Assembly (NCBI GenBank): GCA_963729535.1
Contig: CAVSOL010000017.1
Location: 370,837 to 434,836, forward strand
Length of the DNA: 64,000 nt
From: an uncultured Pseudomonadota bacterium
GTDB taxonomy: Bacteria; Myxococcota_A; Polyangia; Fen-1088
Reading direction: 5' to 3'
Below the pieces are notes generated by a model, which did no database searches, was not told the DNA's origin, and saw only the letters and a list, made by a program, of their open reading frames with translations. This document shows, one piece after another, positions 62,246 through 64,000 of this stretch. Each line of letters starts with the position of its first letter. Position 1 is the first letter of the stretch. The translations under genes and the position numbers were made by a program.

Positions 62246-63757
62246 ATGAGCGATACCAAGACCGAGACCACGAAGGATCGTTCCAGGCGGCGGCGGGTCG
62301 CGTTGACCATCGGGGTGGTGGCGCTGTCCGCAGGCGTCGCGTTTGCTGCGACGGCGCTGCTCACCAACATCTTCCAGCGCAAGCAGGAGGCGAAGAATCC
62401 CTATCTGCGCCTGGTCGAGATCAGCGAGGACACCACCGATCCAGCGCCGTGGGGGATGAACTGGCCACGCCAGTACGACGGCTACCGCCGCACCGCCGAC
62501 ATCAGCCGCACGCAGTACGGCGGATCCGAGGCGCTGCCCGACGAGAAGATCGAACGCGATCCGTGGCTGAAACGACTGTTCGCGGGCTACGCGTTCGCGA
62601 TCGACTACCGCGATCGGCGCGGCCACGCCCACATGCTCGCCGACCAGGAGCAGACGAAGCGTGTGACGACGCTTCCGCAGCCCGGCAATTGCGTGCACTG
62701 CCACGCGTCCGTGATCCCGACCTATCGCCGGCTCGGCGGCGGCGACGTCCTCAAGGGATTCTCGGCCGTCGGCACCATGACGTACGCGGCGGCTCACGCC
62801 GAGGTGGTCAAGACCGGCTCGTCGAATCCGGTCGCCGGCGGGACCGAGATCAAGTTCGCGCACGTCGACGGCGCGCACCCGGTGAGCTGCGTCGATTGCC
62901 ACGACGCCAAGCTGATGCAGCTGCGCGTGACACGTCCGGGGTTCCTGCTCGGCATCCGCGCGCTCGCCGAGAGCAGCGAGCCCACGCCGCACATCCAGAG
63001 CATCGAGCGCTGGCGCAAGTCGGACCGCGCCCGTCCCTACGATCCCAACGTCGATGGCTCACGCCAGGAGATGCGTTCGTTCGTCTGCGGCCAGTGCCAC
63101 GTCGAGTACTACTGCGGGCCGAAGACGACGTTGTTCTTCCCCTGGAACCAGGGCCTGAAGGTCGAGCAGATCGAACGCACCTACGACAACTACAAGTTCC
63201 CCGACGGCCATCGTTTCTACGACTGGCAGCACGCCGAGACCGGCGCCGAGGTGCTGAAGGCGCAGCACCCGGAGTTCGAGCTGTGGAGCCAGGGAATCCA
63301 CGCGCGCTCGGGGGTCGCCTGCGCGGATTGCCACATGCCCTACCAGCGCGAAGGCGCGATGAAGGTCTCCGATCACTGGGTGCGCAGCCCGTTGCTCAAC
63401 GTCAGCCGCGCCTGTCAGGTCTGCCATCCGTACGCTGAGGCGGAGATCTTGGCGCGGGTCGCCGCGATCCAGGAACGCACGCACGCGTTGCTCCAGCGCG
63501 CGGCAACCGCGTCGATCGACATGCTCGACGCGATCGTGGCGGCGAAGAAGACCGGCGCGGCCGCTGACCGCCTGGCACCGGCGCTCGCGCTGCAACGAAA
63601 GGCGCAGTGGCGGATCGACTTCGTCGCCGCCGAGAACTCGATGGGCTTTCACGCGCCGGCGGAAGCGGCCCGCATCCTGGCCGAGTCGATCGACTTCGCG
63701 CGCCAGGCGGAGCTCGCCGCGCGGACGATCGCTCCGGCAACGCCGACAACCCACTGA
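62246..63757 (+). CDS. nrfA: Ammonia-forming cytochrome c nitrite reductase NrfA (pentaheme, CxxCH-type first site)
   Basis: [49 protein letters not shown] and AENSMGFH. Confidence 0.95.
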   Translation: MSDTKTETTKDRSRRRRVALTIGVVALSAGVAFAATALLTNIFQRKQEAKNPYLRLVEISEDTTDPAPWGMNWPRQYDGYRRTADISRTQYGGSEALPDEKIERDPWLKRLFAGYAFAIDYRDRRGHAHMLADQEQTKRVTTLPQPGNCVHCHASVIPTYRRLGGGDVLKGFSAVGTMTYAAAHAEVVKTGSSNPVAGGTEIKFAHVDGAHPVSCVDCHDAKLMQLRVTRPGFLLGIRALAESSEPTPHIQSIERWRKSDRARPYDPNVDGSRQEMRSFVCGQCHVEYYCGPKTTLFFPWNQGLKVEQIERTYDNYKFPDGHRFYDWQHAETGAEVLKAQHPEFELWSQGIHARSGVACADCHMPYQREGAMKVSDHWVRSPLLNVSRACQVCHPYAEAEILARVAAIQERTHALLQRAATASIDMLDAIVAAKKTGAAADRLAPALALQRKAQWRIDFVAAENSMGFHAPAEAARILAESIDFARQAELAARTIAPATPTTH

Positions 63758-63774
63758 CGTGGGGCGCCTCCCTC

Positions 63775-63935
63775 TTACAGGCCGAGCGCCGAGATCATCT
63801 GCTGGCCGTAGCGCATGCCGAGCTGGCGCTGACCGGCGAGGCTGATGATCCACTCGTAGCCCGTGGCCCAGTGGTTGTCCGGCGGCAGCGTCCACCCGGG
63901 ACGGGGATTCCCGGGCCCACCGGATGCGATCACGT
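63775..63935 (-). CDS. 3' end of a probable SGNH/CE6-type (sialate O-acetylesterase-like) esterase, truncated or garbled
   Basis: C-terminus SLAGQRQLGMRYGQQM resembles CE6/SASA C-termini; upstream sequence is disrupted. Confidence 0.35.
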
Positions 63936-64000
63936 CGCGGGGGCGGCAGAAAATTGCCGGGCCGGCGAATTTTCTGGCCGACCCCCGCACGACGGCGCAC

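Overview
High-GC, gene-dense bacterial window that reads like a myxobacterium (Myxococcota, Polyangia-like). The evidence is many lipoproteins with long Gly/Ala/Thr/Ser linkers, Cys-rich surface proteins, VWA lipoproteins and sigma54 regulation. Roughly a third of the genes are split by single-base indels scattered across unrelated functions, which points to long-read consensus error rather than decay. No rRNA, tRNA, CRISPR array or mobile element was recognised. Three loci stand out. (1) 16.5-26.6 kb is a co-oriented phosphate/polyphosphate locus: Ppx, a porin with a Lys8 run, a thymidylate-kinase-like P-loop fused to a ~27-aa W-x-x-R helical repeat, a lipoprotein, a VTC polyP-polymerase domain, a Na/Pi cotransporter with an Ig-like domain, and a CotH kinase lipoprotein. 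11-bp-phased Pho-box-like repeats precede ppx and the porin. (2) 26.6-35.7 kb holds a sigma54 two-component system flanked by two operons. Each operon pairs one paralog of an unknown membrane-anchored PKD-like protein with a different secreted protein, and both share a TGTGCGG-N4-CCGCAC motif upstream of -24/-12 promoters. (3) 58.5-61.7 kb is a putative sigma54 operon encoding an exported lipoprotein with a phospho-His swivel domain followed by a PPDK-type ATP-grasp domain, the domain order of glucan-water dikinases. Also present: tethered glycan-degrading enzymes, an ECF41/CMD module with an exact ECF41 promoter, pgm, and nrfHA with an all-CxxCH NrfA. All family calls come from motif recognition by eye; no database search was run.
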